This document shows, one piece after another, positions 12,725 through 25,538 of a stretch of 64,000 nt of DNA (position 1 is its first letter; each line of letters starts with the position of its first letter). The stretch lies in contig NIVC01000467.1 of assembly GCA_002269645.1 (NCBI GenBank), positions 362,232 through 426,231 of the forward strand, given 5' to 3'. The notes below the pieces were generated by a model that saw nothing but the letters and a program-made list of their open reading frames with translations, did not search any database and had not been told where the DNA came from. Made by a program: the position numbers and the translations under genes. Source of the DNA: Macrostomum lignano (Eukaryota).

Positions 12725-13808
12725 GGTTCATTATGCGGCTTCTACCGTAATATTAGTTATATTAGATTAAGTCATTAGATTCTAAATTCAACTACTAATA
12801 GTAGCGCAATTCGAAAAAAAACTGAAACAAAAGAGAAACGCTTTGAAATCTGTCTCAAGTCAGAATATGACAACAATTTTAATTATTACACAAAACTTTG
12901 GACAAACTATTTAATGTAGTAATCAAAAAAGAAACAAATCACATGCGAAAAAAACACATTTTAATAAAGCATAAGCTAAAGCGCAACTAGCTGTACACAA
13001 AAAACCATTTAAGAACGAAATTTAAACACTTTAATAATTTTGTTTTACAGAACTATTGTAATTTTTAGCTTCCCTAAAAATATCTCAACAGATATTAATT
13101 AACACAGCAGAATTAGCAAAATAGCGAAACAACCAGAGCCATTAAGGAACACACATAAGCAAAATGACTACTTTATATAGCAGATTAATTGAAGTGGATT
13201 GAATTTATAAATTCGTTTTCTAGTTTTTTTGTTGATAATATGTTGTGAGCTTGAGCAATCCAGCCCGCTCAAGGTTTGTGTCTCTTCGTGACTTCCTTAA
13301 ATTTATTCACTCCTCTCTCCATCTTCTCTCATCTGGCTGGTAGCCAGAAGCTGGATCATGATACGCATTTTCTTAACTGAATGGCCAGATATAGCGCATG
13401 AATGTGGGCCAAAGAGAGGAGAGGAAAGAATTGCGGGAATAGAGGAAACAGAAGAGAGAATGAGAGATGCGAGAGGAGAGGGAAGATGAGGGGAGATAGT
13501 AGAGGAGAGAGGAAAGGGGAGAGAAAAGGGAGAGGAGAGGGGAATAAGGGGAGAGAAGAGAAGAGGGAGAGAAAGGAGAGCTGAGAAGAGACAACCATTG
13601 AACTATTGTGAAGTTTCACGGACCCAAGGGCCGCGGATAGAGAGATGTGGCCCGCGGGCCAAGAGCTACATTAATTATCTAGCACTGGAGGTAAAAAATG
13701 TTGCCACTCTAATGCATCAATACTATACTTGATTTTTTAGTTAGCAGCTAATAAGAATCTACAAAAAAATCAAATTCAGTCGACAGTTGTTAATTTCATA
13801 GATACATA

Positions 13809-14624
13809 TTAGGTGCCGAAAACATCCTCACTGAATATGTCATTAATAACCGGATGCACAGACGCCGAGGCCGGCTCAGCGGTTGCTTGAGTACCCGAAT
13901 GCTGAAATATCAGCGCCATCCGCTCCCGCCGCAGCTTCACCATCTCGTGACGCAGACGCGACATGTCCAGCTCAAATTTGCGTCGCATAATCTCAACCTC
14001 TTTAGTTTTGGTCTCCTCTAACACGGCCAGAGCGGTTTTCAAGCCCTGCCGAGTGCAGGCGTCTAGCTGAAGAAAATGCGGCTCCTGCTCCAGTTTAGCT
14101 ATAGACGGATAATACCGGATGATCTCGGCAACTAGAACGTATTCTAGTTCTTCAATTTTGGCCGCTTTCACTTCGCTAAAATATCTGATTACATTCTCCT
14201 CGGTGAGAAAGTTCTTTAAATAGCGCAAACATGTGGACCAGAGCAGGCCGACTTGGTACTCTTTGGACAGCGCTAGCAGAGCAACCACATTCTCCTGCGT
14301 GATAAACTGCTCAGGCGGTGTACACAACTGCACGCAATTTAACAAAGCTAGCACAGCTTCGTAGGATTTGTCCGGCAATTCGAGTTCGTCGCTGCGACTC
14401 TCTTTAAAATCGTGCGAAAACATCGAACGAAACACCGGAGACACTAACGACAACAGTCCGGTGTTTGTGTACAGATATTTGCCTTCAACTTTCAATTTGA
14501 TATGACGAAACGGTATCGAATGGAACTGCGGATCGCACGGATCGATTAGCACCGGCGACACGTCGGCTCCGGCCTCGGCGCTGCCGACATTCGACGAATT
14601 CAACCAAGCGTCGATGCCGAACAT
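13809..14624 (-). CDS. BTB/POZ (plus probable BACK-like) domain protein, single exon
   Basis: IKLKVEGKYLYTNTGLLSLVSPVFRSMFSHDFKES...ELPDKSYEAVLALL...ITQENVVALLALSKEYQV..L...C..YL is a typical BTB signature. Confidence 0.9.
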   Translation of the reverse strand: MFGIDAWLNSSNVGSAEAGADVSPVLIDPCDPQFHSIPFRHIKLKVEGKYLYTNTGLLSLVSPVFRSMFSHDFKESRSDELELPDKSYEAVLALLNCVQLCTPPEQFITQENVVALLALSKEYQVGLLWSTCLRYLKNFLTEENVIRYFSEVKAAKIEELEYVLVAEIIRYYPSIAKLEQEPHFLQLDACTRQGLKTALAVLEETKTKEVEIMRRKFELDMSRLRHEMVKLRRERMALIFQHSGTQATAEPASASVHPVINDIFSEDVFGT

Positions 14625-14889
14625 TTAGTAGGAAAGATGTTTCTATTTATAGCCCTTGTTCTCTCTCTCTTCTTGTGTGATATACTTTACATGCAATAAA
14701 TTGATTATAAGGCAATAAACTTGTATCAAAATACAACAATGAGTGTCTTGGCAGCGCAAATCAATACTAAATGATCAGCTTAATAAGTAAGTTTAGGCTG
14801 AATTATAACAAGCCTATCTGTCCCATACCCAAGAATACATTAAGAAAAATTTATGACAGGCATTATAACAGACATTATATCAAATACTG

Positions 14890-15375
14890 ACACTAAGACA
14901 AACACTAGGACAGCCACTAGGACAGACACACTAGAACGGGCACTAAGACAGCCACTAGGACGGACACTAGGACAGACACTAGGACAGACAATAAGACAGA
15001 CGATAAGACAGACACTAATACAGACACTGAGAAGACACTAGGACAAGCACCGACACTGAGGAGACACTAGGACAAGCACCGACACTGAGGAGACACTAGG
15101 ACAAGCACCGACACTGAGGAGACACTAGGACAAGCACCGACACTGAGGAGACACTAGGACAAGCACCGACACTGAGGAGACACTAGGACAAGCACCGACA
15201 CTGAGGAGACACTAGGACAAGCACCGACACTGAGGAGACACTAGGACAAGCACCGACACTGAGGAGACACTAGGACAAGCACCGACACTGAGGAGACACT
15301 AGGACAAGCACCGACACTGAGGAGACACTAGGACAAGCACCGACACTGAGGAGACACTAGGACAAGCACCGACAG
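14890..15375. repeat. 29-bp minisatellite (CACTAGGACAAGCACCGACACTGAGGAGA) with a degenerate left edge
   Basis: About 11 near-perfect tandem copies from ~15040. Confidence 0.95.
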
Positions 15376-15759
15376 ACACTAAGGCACTGGCAAACACATG
15401 CTTACAGATACTTAAGAGACACAAAGATATGCTTTGATCGATATCAATACAAAAAATAACAAAAGAGAAACTTATTTACAAATTGAAAAATCAGTAGATT
15501 ATATGTTTATTTATATAAGTAAAGAATCTATTAATACACACACAGAGCGCATTAGAACTAAGTTATGTTATGCCGTCTTTACTACAAATCATATATGCTT
15601 TGGAAATACAGCGGAAATTTAAATCAGTTATATATATGCTTAAACAATTATCAACATCTTTAAAAGCTAATTGCGGACAGATAAAATTTCAACCAGAGAT
15701 GGGAACACTTTTCTACCTCAAGGGCAGATAACAAAGAATCTAATCATCAGCTCATTGTT

Positions 15760-16282
15760 GCGGGCCCACGTGAGAGAAAAGAGAGGGATTAAAGAGAGAA
15801 GAGAAAAGAAGAGATAAGAGGTGAGATAAGAGAAAATGAGAGAAGGGACAAAGGAAAATATGAGGAGAGGGTAGAGAAGAGGGGAGAGAGCAGAGAAGAG
15901 GAGGGAATAAAGAAGAGGAGAGAAGAGAAAATAGAGTAGGGAGTAGAGAAGAATGGACGAAGGAGAGAAGAGGAGAGAGTACAGAAGAGAGGAGGGGGTA
16001 GAGAAGAAAAGAGAGGAGAGAAGAGGGGAGTAGAAAAGAGAGGACAGAGAGGAGAGTAGAGAAGGGGAGAGGAGAGAGGAGAGAAGAGATTAGAGAAGGG
16101 GGAGAGAGAAGAGAGGAGAGGAGTTTAGAAGAGGAGAGAGTAGATAGGGGAAGGAGAGAGGGAGGGGAGAAAGTTGAAGAGAGCTGAGAGGAGACATAAA
16201 CCAGAATATAAACCTTGAGCGGGCCAGATTAAGGCTTCTCGAGCTATACGTGACCCACGGGCCCGCGTTTGCCGATGTCTAA
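15760..16282. mobile_element. hAT-like MITE copy with internal purine-rich microsatellite
   Basis: Shares GAGCTGAGA..AGAC, CCTTGAGCGGGCC and GGCCC.CGGGCC motifs and a TTTGCCGA terminus with copies at ~1580-1740, ~13250-13710, ~21955-22110 and 22427-22836. Confidence 0.55.
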
Positions 16283-16455
16283 TTTAAACAATACCAAAAA
16301 ATTATACTACTACTAACTTGACTTCGCGACAATGAATCAATGAACTAGGTTTTACTGAGGCATAATAATCGATCATGAATAAATCACTCAAAGGTTTAAA
16401 CAAGCTAGCAGCCTAACATTAGTTTTTCGTAAAGCACAGAAAGAAAATCAACAAA

Positions 16456-17292
16456 CTACAGCTTAGCACTTGGATTAGGCAAATTCGACAATGGATCGCG
16501 ACAATTACTAATTATAAATTTTTCCAATGCTTTAACATACTCGTCAGGATGCTGATAGTAGTGAGCAGCGTGTATGGACTCCGGCCAACTAAGAGTGTCG
16601 ATAGTGTGACCTCTAGCTTGCATAGTTGGCAACAGGTGCTGCTCTAATAGATTCGTATCGCATAACGAATCATTGGCACTGTAAACAAACAACACAGGCG
16701 TTGGTGCCAGCCTACTCTGATAGAAATCAATACTTGTCTGATAGAACTGCAGAGTAGAAGAGTGGAATGCATTGAAATAGCCGCCAATAAGATAGTGCGA
16801 TAGGCTGCGCAGAAATCTAAGCTGGACAACATTGTCAACTAGGCCAGTAACCATGCGATCAACGCTGCCATAGACAATACTGTCCATTACCTGGCCACGC
16901 AGACAGCCGTTCAATGAAGAATCCAACACCTGCTGATTATGCTGTTCAGCTAGACGCATTTGAAATAAAGTCAACAGATAGGCGCCAACCGAGGTTCCGT
17001 GAAAGAATAAGTCCCTGCCATCAAGCCAGTTCTGACCGACAAGACATTGATGCAAGTCGGCTACAAACTTCCTACCAGACTGTGGTGCAACAAAATGCTT
17101 GGCTTGGCCCTGGGCCACGATCACGTCCAGACCTAATCTGTGATACAATTCGACAAATTTATTCACTGGACCCTCTTTGGCAAGCAGCCAGGGGAAGAAT
17201 ACAACAAGAGGCCGGCGTGAACTGGACGATATCCTGGCAGTATAGAGTCTGATATTGTTGGACAGCAATAGACTCGATGCAGTTTTTGCCAT
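16456..17292 (-). CDS. TMEM53/DUF829-like alpha/beta-hydrolase-fold protein, single exon
   Basis: RRPLVVFFPWLLAKEGPVNKFVELY..LGLDV, FHGTSVGAY, LFVYSANDSLC and HAAHYYQHPDEY motifs resemble DUF829/TMEM53. ATG at 17292 is preceded by a TTCCAG acceptor-like site. Confidence 0.75.
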   Translation of the reverse strand: MAKTASSLLLSNNIRLYTARISSSSRRPLVVFFPWLLAKEGPVNKFVELYHRLGLDVIVAQGQAKHFVAPQSGRKFVADLHQCLVGQNWLDGRDLFFHGTSVGAYLLTLFQMRLAEQHNQQVLDSSLNGCLRGQVMDSIVYGSVDRMVTGLVDNVVQLRFLRSLSHYLIGGYFNAFHSSTLQFYQTSIDFYQSRLAPTPVLFVYSANDSLCDTNLLEQHLLPTMQARGHTIDTLSWPESIHAAHYYQHPDEYVKALEKFIISNCRDPLSNLPNPSAKL

Positions 17293-17889
17293 GGTTACTA
17301 ACTGTGGCTGGAATAGTATTACTAAAAAGGTCAATTCAAAATGCGTATGGAAATCTGCTGTAACTTTCTAGCAATTCAAAATAAAGAAAACCAGAAAAAA
17401 TTCAAAAAAAAAATTTGTTAACTCATTTATTTATTTTAAGCATGACAATGCAATAGACTTGGCTCTTTAATAATGTGCTTAGAAATTTCTAATTTGATAT
17501 GCTTTGTTGAGCCTGACTGTACAAGCAAATACAATGCAACAACAATACCACAATAAAATATGAGAGATTAATTTCAGCAAATACTCATAAAAAGAGCACA
17601 CAGAGTTTTAAACTCGACACATGATTTTAGTTATGAGCACTTGTGAACAAACTTCAAATAGAATACAAGCACTCAAAAAATTGATTTCCAAATTACCAGA
17701 AAAAATTAATTACAGATGAAATCGACGGGTCACTCACAAAATCACGAGTTTTGCCCAACAATTTTTGTGTAAGTAGTGCCTTTCGCACATTTTGACACTT
17801 CATTTTTACATGTACTGGGAAATTTTCACTCGCTAACTATAACAAGTACTAACCGCAGTCAACGATGCTTAACTGAAGAACTGAAGCAG

Positions 17890-18174
17890 CACTCTAATGT
17901 GCCAGCGGCCCAGGCTCGATTCCAAGTGCAGTCGCATTAATTTGGGGCTGAATTGGAATCTCGGCTTGGCTCTGCTCGTGCAATTAACGCCCAGCTTGAG
18001 GGCCAACCCCCCAGGCACAGCAAAGTGTACATGCCTAACGATAAATAAAGTTAGGGCCGCTGTACACCTGTGAGTGTGTGCCTGTGCGTATGACTGCGTA
18101 CGTATCCGCGCGCTTGTGTGCCTGGAGTCGGCGGAATGGGGGCAGCAATGCCTCTCGCCGGTTGAGTGACAATG
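17890..18174 (+). mobile_element. tRNA-derived SINE family A copy
   Basis: Inverted copy of 6278-6562 and 44027-44357. Confidence 0.8.
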
Positions 18175-18267
18175 TCAGAAAAAACCAGTCAGAGAAAAAG
18201 GAAGACATATTCAGAAATCAAATCTTTGGCGCATAAAACAGCATGTAAGAAAAATAGTTAATTCTCA

Positions 18268-18624
18268 TCAATATCTCCGCACCAGAGACAGGCCAACATA
18301 ATAAACTAGAATAAAGCAGAACACAGCCCCGCCAACAATGTAGCACATCAGACGGCGATCAGTACCTGCTCTGCTAGCGAAGCCCTGTACTCGGCCAAAA
18401 GTATTCTCTAGTAGTCCTTGAGCCGAACCAAAATCTGAGCTCATACCGTCTAACACTGTGTTAGACCGATTCACTTCAGAGTCAATATCTTTAGCGTGAC
18501 CTCGTAATGTAGACAATTTAGCGGCCAACAACTCCGCTCTTTGATCATTCTCATTCAATAGAGTCTGCTCATCGTGCCAGTCGCGTCTGGACTGACCGGC
18601 GCCACTGGCTCCGCCATTTGACAT
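18268..18624 (-). CDS. BET1L: BET1-like Golgi Qc-SNARE (GS15), single exon
   Basis: ENDQRAELLAAKLSTLRGHAKDIDSEV..SNTVLDGMSSDFGSAQGLL...DRRLMC followed by a C-terminal TM anchor, colinear with BET1L (ENKRMADSLASKVTRLKSLALDID...LDGMDSDF). Confidence 0.88.
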   Translation of the reverse strand: MSNGGASGAGQSRRDWHDEQTLLNENDQRAELLAAKLSTLRGHAKDIDSEVNRSNTVLDGMSSDFGSAQGLLENTFGRVQGFASRAGTDRRLMCYIVGGAVFCFILVYYVGLSLVRRY

Positions 18625-19726
18625 GACTAGTGTTTTACAAGCAGAAAAGTGCACATGCCTGACGATTAGAAAGTCAAAAAAGGGCTGCTGTACACCCTGT
18701 GTGAGCGTGTGTATGAGTGTTTAAAGATTTCGCCAAAGGCGCACAACCCATATTGTAATTATTATTAAACTGTAGTCCTAACGCGTTTAAAGCTACGCTA
18801 CACTCTTAATATACTACTAGCACGTTCTAAAATCTAAGTACTAAAAAAAGAATAAAATTGAATTAGAAAGAGAAAAGAACGCTTGGTTCAAGCAAAAAAT
18901 ATCGCAGAGTATATTTATTTTAATCTAATGATTTTGTTAACTTTATAAATATGGACATATGTCTACGTTACTAATAAAAAATGTTCATAATTTTTTTAAA
19001 CTGACAGCAACTAAATAAAATATATGAAAATGAAAATGAGATATTATAAATTAACAAGCAATGACCTAACGATAAAAGTTTTTTCTGCTAGTCAACATTA
19101 CCATATAACTAATTTATCGAGGTTAGAATAGACAACAAAGTTTCCTGTGTGTTTGTGCACAATTTATTTGTTTAAACGATCAGCTTTTTTAAACAACAGG
19201 TTCCTACCACAGATATTAGAATAACTAGATGGGCCACTCCGTACATTTGCGTGTAAACTACTTAGTTTAGTAGTAAGTTAAACTGAAATATTTTAATCCG
19301 TTTGTAATTTCAAGGCTTATTCAATGGCTCATATCCACCCAGCTAAAACCCTCTCTAAAACCGCGCCTTTCCACACTAGCCCACGCCCCGCCACCCAATT
19401 TTTATTGCTTTTCTCGGAATTCCAGCCCAAAGCTGCCATGTACATTTCAGTGGACTGGCTAATGTACATTATGGCTGAACCAATTAGCATGTTTACGCCT
19501 GCAAGCTTGGGCTTCTTAAACTTATTAAAGTCATTTCAGCTGCCTTTATTTTAAAAATAGCTTACGTATTCTTCGCTACTGAAATGAAAGTAGAAAGCTG
19601 TTGTAATATATGCCTGAGTGGCCCATTTAGTTATTCTAGTATATGTGGTTTCTGCCATCTAAAACTATGTCACATCATGTGTCGCCTGGCACAGTACTTT
19701 TGACTGCCTAAAAGTACATATGCAAT

Positions 19727-22700
19727 TCAATGACCTCGAACTTGCAGTAGATACTGCACCACCGCGTCAACAACCTCCTTGGTGTTAGACGAACCGCCTA
19801 GGTCCGGCGTTCGAATGCCGCTACGCAGCACAGTTAACACAGCATTACGCAGCTTTTTAGCATCCTCGGCATCGCCTAAATACTCCAGCATATCAGCTGT
19901 CGTTAGCAACAGAGCCGATGGATTAGCAATATTTTTACCGCGGATTGATCTGCCAGAATTTCTCGTACCAGCCTCGAATACGGCGTATTTACGTCCAATA
20001 TTCATACCAGCGGCTACGCCGGGACCGCCAACTAAACCGGCGGCAATATTGCCAATTATATTGCCATAGAGATTCGGCAATACCATTATATCGAATTGTT
20101 GCGGCCTAGCAACCAGCTGCATGCAACAATTGTCAACTATAACATCGTTAAACTCAATGCTAGGATAGTCGCGAGCGACATCTCGACAGACGTCTAAGAA
20201 CAGGCCGTCGGATAGTTTCATAATATTGGCCTTGTGCACCGCCGTAACGCGATGGCGCCTAGTTTTAATAGCCGTATCGAAGGCAAACTTAGCAATCTGT
20301 CGACTCTTAGCTTCAGTGATAATTTTAAAGCTTTCAACAACGCCAGGCACGTTGAAATGCTCTAGTTGGCTGTATTCACCTTCCGTGTTCTCGCGTATAA
20401 CCAGTATGTCAATGTCGCTGTAACGAGACGGCACACCTTCGATAGATTTACAGCGCTGTACATAGGCGAACAGGTCCAGCTTAGTTCGGAGCTGAACATT
20501 CTTCGATGTCATGCCTAAGAAAAAAATTAATTGCATTATTCAATTACAAATTGGTGTTTTCAACATACTTAAAGAGCAGAATGCTGTGAAGTCAAGGCAT
20601 ATAGGGGGATTGCTGAGATGTCAAGGCTTGGGAGGGGGATTGCTTCGATGTCAAGGCTTGGGAGGGGGATTGCTTCGATGTCAAGGCTTGGGAGTGGGAA
20701 TTTTTAGATGTCAAGGCTTGAGAGTGGGAATGCTTCGATGTCAAGGCTTGGGAGGGGGAATTTCTAAGATCTCAAGGCTTGGGAGGGGGAATTGCTAAGA
20801 TGTCAAGGCTTGGGAGGGGGAATTGCTGAGATGTCAGGGCTTGGGAGGGGGAATTGCTTAGATGTCAAGGCTTGGGAGGGGGAATTGCTAAGAAGATGTC
20901 AAGGCTTGGGAGGGGGAATTGCTGAGATGTCAGGGCTTGGGAGGGGGAATTGCTTAGATGTCAAGGCTTGGGAGGGGGAATTGCTTAGATGTCAAGGCTT
21001 GGGAGGGGGAATTGCTAAGATGTCAAGGCTTGGGAGGGGGAATTGCTTAGATGTCAAGGCTTGGGAGGGGGAATTGCTTAGATGTCAAGGCTTGGGAGGG
21101 GGAATTGCTTAGATGTCAAGGCTTGGGAGGGGGAATTGCTAAGATGTCAAGGCTTGGGAGGGGGAATGCTTAGATGTCAAGGCTTGGGAGGGGGAATTGC
21201 TTAGATGTCAAGGCTTGGGGGGAATTGCTTAGATCTCAAGGCTTGGGAGGGGGAATTGCTAAGATGTCAAGGCTTGGGAGGGGGAATTGCTTAGATGTCA
21301 AGGCTTGGGAGGGGGAATTGCTTAGATGTCAAGGCTTGGGGGGAATTGCTTAGATCTCAAGGCTTGGGAGGGGGAATTGCTAAGATGTCAAGGCTTGGGA
21401 GGGGGAATTGCTAAGATGTCAAGGCTTGGGAGGGGGAATGCTTAGATGTCAAGGCTTGGGAGGGGGAATTGCTTAGATGTCAAGGCTTGGGGGGAATTGC
21501 TAAGATGTCAAGGCGAATATGATACATGCACATAAATAATTTTTGTTCCTTGCTTAGCTTGTATTCGCCGCCCCGAAGGGGGGCACTAGATTTCTATTCC
21601 TATATACTAAAAATTATATATAAATTTGCAATACAAAACAATTAACAGAACGAAAATTAATTTTAAAAGATTAGAAAATAAAATGAGGCGGTGAAAAAAT
21701 ACAAAACACGGCTGTTCAGTCCAAGGACTGAGGGGCTCAAGCATTTTGGGTACCAACTAACCTGAAGCCTCAGGACAAGCATTCAAGCTTGTCATAATTT
21801 TTTTCTAGAATATCCTTTACGTCTATCTTGATAAGTTATTACGTAAACTACTTTATCCTTTGCGGTAAGGCTTATAAAATTTGAATCTTTATCAATGGAA
21901 TGTAAAATAGAATTAAACATCTTCAATTCGTCTAGAAGTTATTACAATACTACACTGTCTGAGCTTATCCGGTCTGAGCCGGAGAGAGGAGAGGGGAGAG
22001 GAGGATGAGAGGATAGGAAAGAAAAAAAGAGAAGAGAGCTGAGATGACAAATAAGCCTTGAGCGGGGCCGGATAGAGAGGCTACGCATGCGGAGCTGGCT
22101 GACCTCTGCTATAAATGTATCAAACATTTTGTACTAACAGAAAAAATTCCAAAGCCTGCAATAACTAACAGCATCTGGTAAGATAAGTACATTTAACAAC
22201 TCACCTCCCATAACAGTGTAGTCAGTGTTAGCTGTAGGATAAGTAAAATTTAAAGTAACACAGATTTAATTGCCTTATTGAATAATTAACTACCCTCTTA
22301 CTATTATAAAGTACGACAGGTACTTTGCAACAAAAAACCATTAGCTAATAAAACACCAGAGTTAGACGAACAGTACTGAAGCAGCGAAGAGTAAATGTTG
22401 ATGCAAAAACATGATTCAATTTAGGTCAAGGGTCGGCAAACTCTGGCCACCGGGTCCTTTGAAACTTCATAATGGCAATTTGGCCTGCTCAAGGTTTGTG
22501 TCTCTTTTGAGCTCTCTTATCTTCTCTCTCCCCCCTCTACTCTGGCCGCTCTTCTCTCCTCTCGCCCTTCTTCTGTTCTCTCCTCTCTTTTCTTTATCTT
22601 TCTCATCTCTTCTCTCATTTCATCTTTCGTCCTTATCCAAAGTCCTTCTTTTCTCTTATATCAAATATCTCATCTCTCATTTTATCTCCTTTCTCGCCTT

Positions 22701-23392
22701 TCCTCTCTTCTATCATCCCTCGTCTCCTTTCCCTTTTCTCCTCTATTCCTTCTTCTTTCCTCTCTCCACTGGCCCGAGGCCATTATTAGCAAGGTTCTTC
22801 ATCTGCACATCAATGTAAAAATTTTGGCGACCCCTGATTAATTATTTCAATTGACAAGAACCAATAACCCTATATAATCAATTGACACACTTTTCACTCG
22901 CATCAGAAAGCATGCTACTCTACTAATAGTAGCTTAAGGCCTTAAACTATCAATTTATTGAAACTTACCTTCAAAAGTTTCTAAATTTCCTTTCAGCCCC
23001 ACGCCATTTCGTTTAATAGACAGTATAGCCCTGCGCATGTCCTCGTCTGTGCCTCGCTCGGCAGACAGCGGTATCTCCTCGAAATCAATGGGCGATCCGG
23101 CTACATTAACTATGGTTTTAACCGAGTCCATCAATTCCGGCCCGATCCCGTCGCCAGGAATCAGCGACACGTGGTGTCGGCCGCCATATTTGGCTGCATT
23201 TAAAATACCGCCAGCTTCAACGCCTTGATCGGCGTGTTGAAGCGAAGCACCGCTAGACCCGGCAGATTCAGTGGCAGTAGCAGCGGCGGCACTGAGTCCA
23301 CCGCCACCGGAGCAAAAGCTGCGAGCCTGATTGCAAGCGAAGCGAATGGCTCCTACGCTAGTGGCGCTGTGTAGAAATCGAACTGACGCCAT
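19727..23392 (-). CDS. IDH3G: NAD-dependent isocitrate dehydrogenase 3 gamma subunit; exons 23392-22969 and 20514-19727
   Basis: Phase-1 junction TTT GAA G|GC ATG. Motifs YGGRHHVSLIPGDGIGPE, RNGVGLKGNLET, IRENTEGEYSQLEH, VHKANIMKLSDGLF, PNLYGNI and TRNSGRSIRGKNIANP fit the gamma subunit. N-terminus looks like a mitochondrial presequence. Confidence 0.9.
20600..21513. repeat. 31-bp G-rich minisatellite in the IDH3G intron (TGCTTAGATGTCAAGGCTTGGGAGGGGGAAT)
   Basis: About 29 tandem copies visible. Confidence 0.97.
22427..22836. mobile_element. hAT-like MITE (best-defined copy) with internal CT-rich tract
   Basis: Imperfect terminal inverted repeats CAAGGGTCGGCAAA ... TTTGGCGACCCCTG, similar to Charlie/Buster-type hAT ends. 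An 8-bp TSD is not convincingly conserved. Confidence 0.6.
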
Positions 23393-23499
23393 GCATAAAA
23401 AACAGCGCAATTTTTTTTAAATTACCTTTTAGTTTTTAGTTTAGTTCTCTTGACATTAGAATCTAAGTGCCAAACGGCTAAATTGAGCTCCTCTCAATG

Positions 23500-23780
23500 C
23501 CGATCCCGAAATCCCCGCAAAAATTATGATCCTAATCTTCAAATCCCAGAAAAATTTGGAATCTTAATCCTAAAATCCCATCAAATTTGGGATCTCAATC
23601 TTAATTGTGAAATCCCAGCAAAATTGGGATCCCAATCATAATCTTGAACTCCCATCAAAATTGGGATCTCAATTTTAATTGTGAAATTCCATCAAAATTA
23701 GGATCTCAATCTCAATTGTGAAATCCCAGCAAAATTGGGATCCCAATAATAATCTTAAAGTCCCAGCAAAAATTGGGATT
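23500..23780. repeat. Degenerate tandem repeat (AAATCCCAGCAAAATTGGGATC...) upstream of IDH3G
   Basis: Recurrent units visible. Confidence 0.8.
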
Positions 23781-25538
23781 CTTCTCCCATCTAACCTCTA
23801 ATCTCTAGCCTACCCTTTACACATGCATGCCCAACACCCCACCAACCTGGCCATTTTGGCTGGGTAGTGAGAAGTCTGGCCAAGGTAAGTCACAAAATGC
23901 TAACCAGAAAACACATATATAGTACTAAGTAAATGAGGCATTTAGCCTTAATAATTTAGTGATTATTAATTCTGATGTTTACCCAAAACTTTTTCTTTGG
24001 TTTCTTTCATAGGTAAGTCAAGGGGGCCGTAGCCCAGCGGTCTAGCACAGGCTCTGGTGTTCCAAATAGTTTAAGGATGTATAGTAAATTAAATGGCTTT
24101 CATTTTAAAAACCTTGAACCTTTTTTTCCTTAAAAACTTTTTTCCATTTTGCTATTTTTCCTTTTCTTTTTGGGAGTGGTGAAAAAGAATTTACTAATAC
24201 CAATTTTAGGGCATTCTTCTATAACTAAGGCAAGTTTCCTAAAGTACTCATTGTTTATATAGTATAAATACAATTTTCTTAGTTTCATCATTTTTTTATT
24301 TATATTTATATTTATTTTATCTAAATCTACATTTAGATTTTTATTTAAAATACAGAAAAATCTGCCACACAATAGCTTAATTTTTTAAATTGCCATGTCA
24401 TAATATGTTGCTTATCTTGCTACTTTTTGCTTTGCTCCTACTTTTTGTTGATTTGTTGACTCATTATAAGTTTATAGTCAAACTCTTCTATATGTTTTCA
24501 ATTGTCTGATTTTGAAGATATTAAAGTTAATATAGAGAGAGTTGCTGCTATAATTTTGTGCAAAATGATATTAGTTAGATCATTAGAATAGGAGATATAA
24601 TGAAAAGTAGTACTACAATCAGGACAGCCTTCAAAGCTAGATGGATCAATTTTAACTTTATAATTATTAAATGCCTATCATTTAAAATAACCAGTTGACA
24701 ATTAACCAAATATTTCCTTTTTACCATAGTTCATATTGTGTATTAGTATACAATTGGTTGAATGCTAGAAAAAATATGAGACCTTGTTTGTACACTGGGA
24801 CTAAACAAATATATTATTGACAACTGTTTCCACTGTTATATATACTAGGATATGCTAATGTACACTAAAAATGGCTAATACCCTTGTTATACACTAGGAA
24901 ATCCTAGCATACATGTTGCCTTCCAAACTATGGCCTTTTAAAAAACAAAGGTTATCAAAACAACTATTTATATTTTTTACCAAAATGTCTGTCCCCAAAA
25001 CAACCTGCACTTATTCTATTAGTCTAACTATAGACCTATGCTATCTATATTGTTTTTTATTTAACTTTAGTTTCCCACTCTAAATTAGGCCTTATTTTCT
25101 AGATTTTTTGCTTTACCAGTAGGTCTAAAGAATAAAAAAATAATAAGGAAAAAAACTAAAAGTCAAAATAAAAAATCAATGAGCCATACAGCATAGTAGC
25201 CTAGTCTAAAGCAGGAAAGTGAAACAAATTGCTAAATTGTCAATCTAGAAATGCAAGAAAATAATCTAGAATGCCAAAGAAAATATGCCCAATTATAGTC
25301 TCATATCATAGTCAAGATCATAACATGCCTGCATTAGAATAAATCCTATCAAGAAAGTTTTAATAGGCTATACCACAACTTTTAGAAAAAATGCAAAAAT
25401 CAGTAATTTTCTATTTAAAAAAGACTAGTAAAACTTGTATTTGATCTGTTTCATAGAAAACACAATATAAAGGTTCATTAATTAAAAAGCCATCAATACA
25501 TCAGCAAACAAAAAGTGCTAATAAAAAGAAACTATATG

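Noticed and set aside
21560-21592. Helitron 3' end (GCCCCGAAGGGGGC hairpin + CTAG)
   Set aside because: The following base is A rather than T, and no matching 5' TC end or second copy was found.
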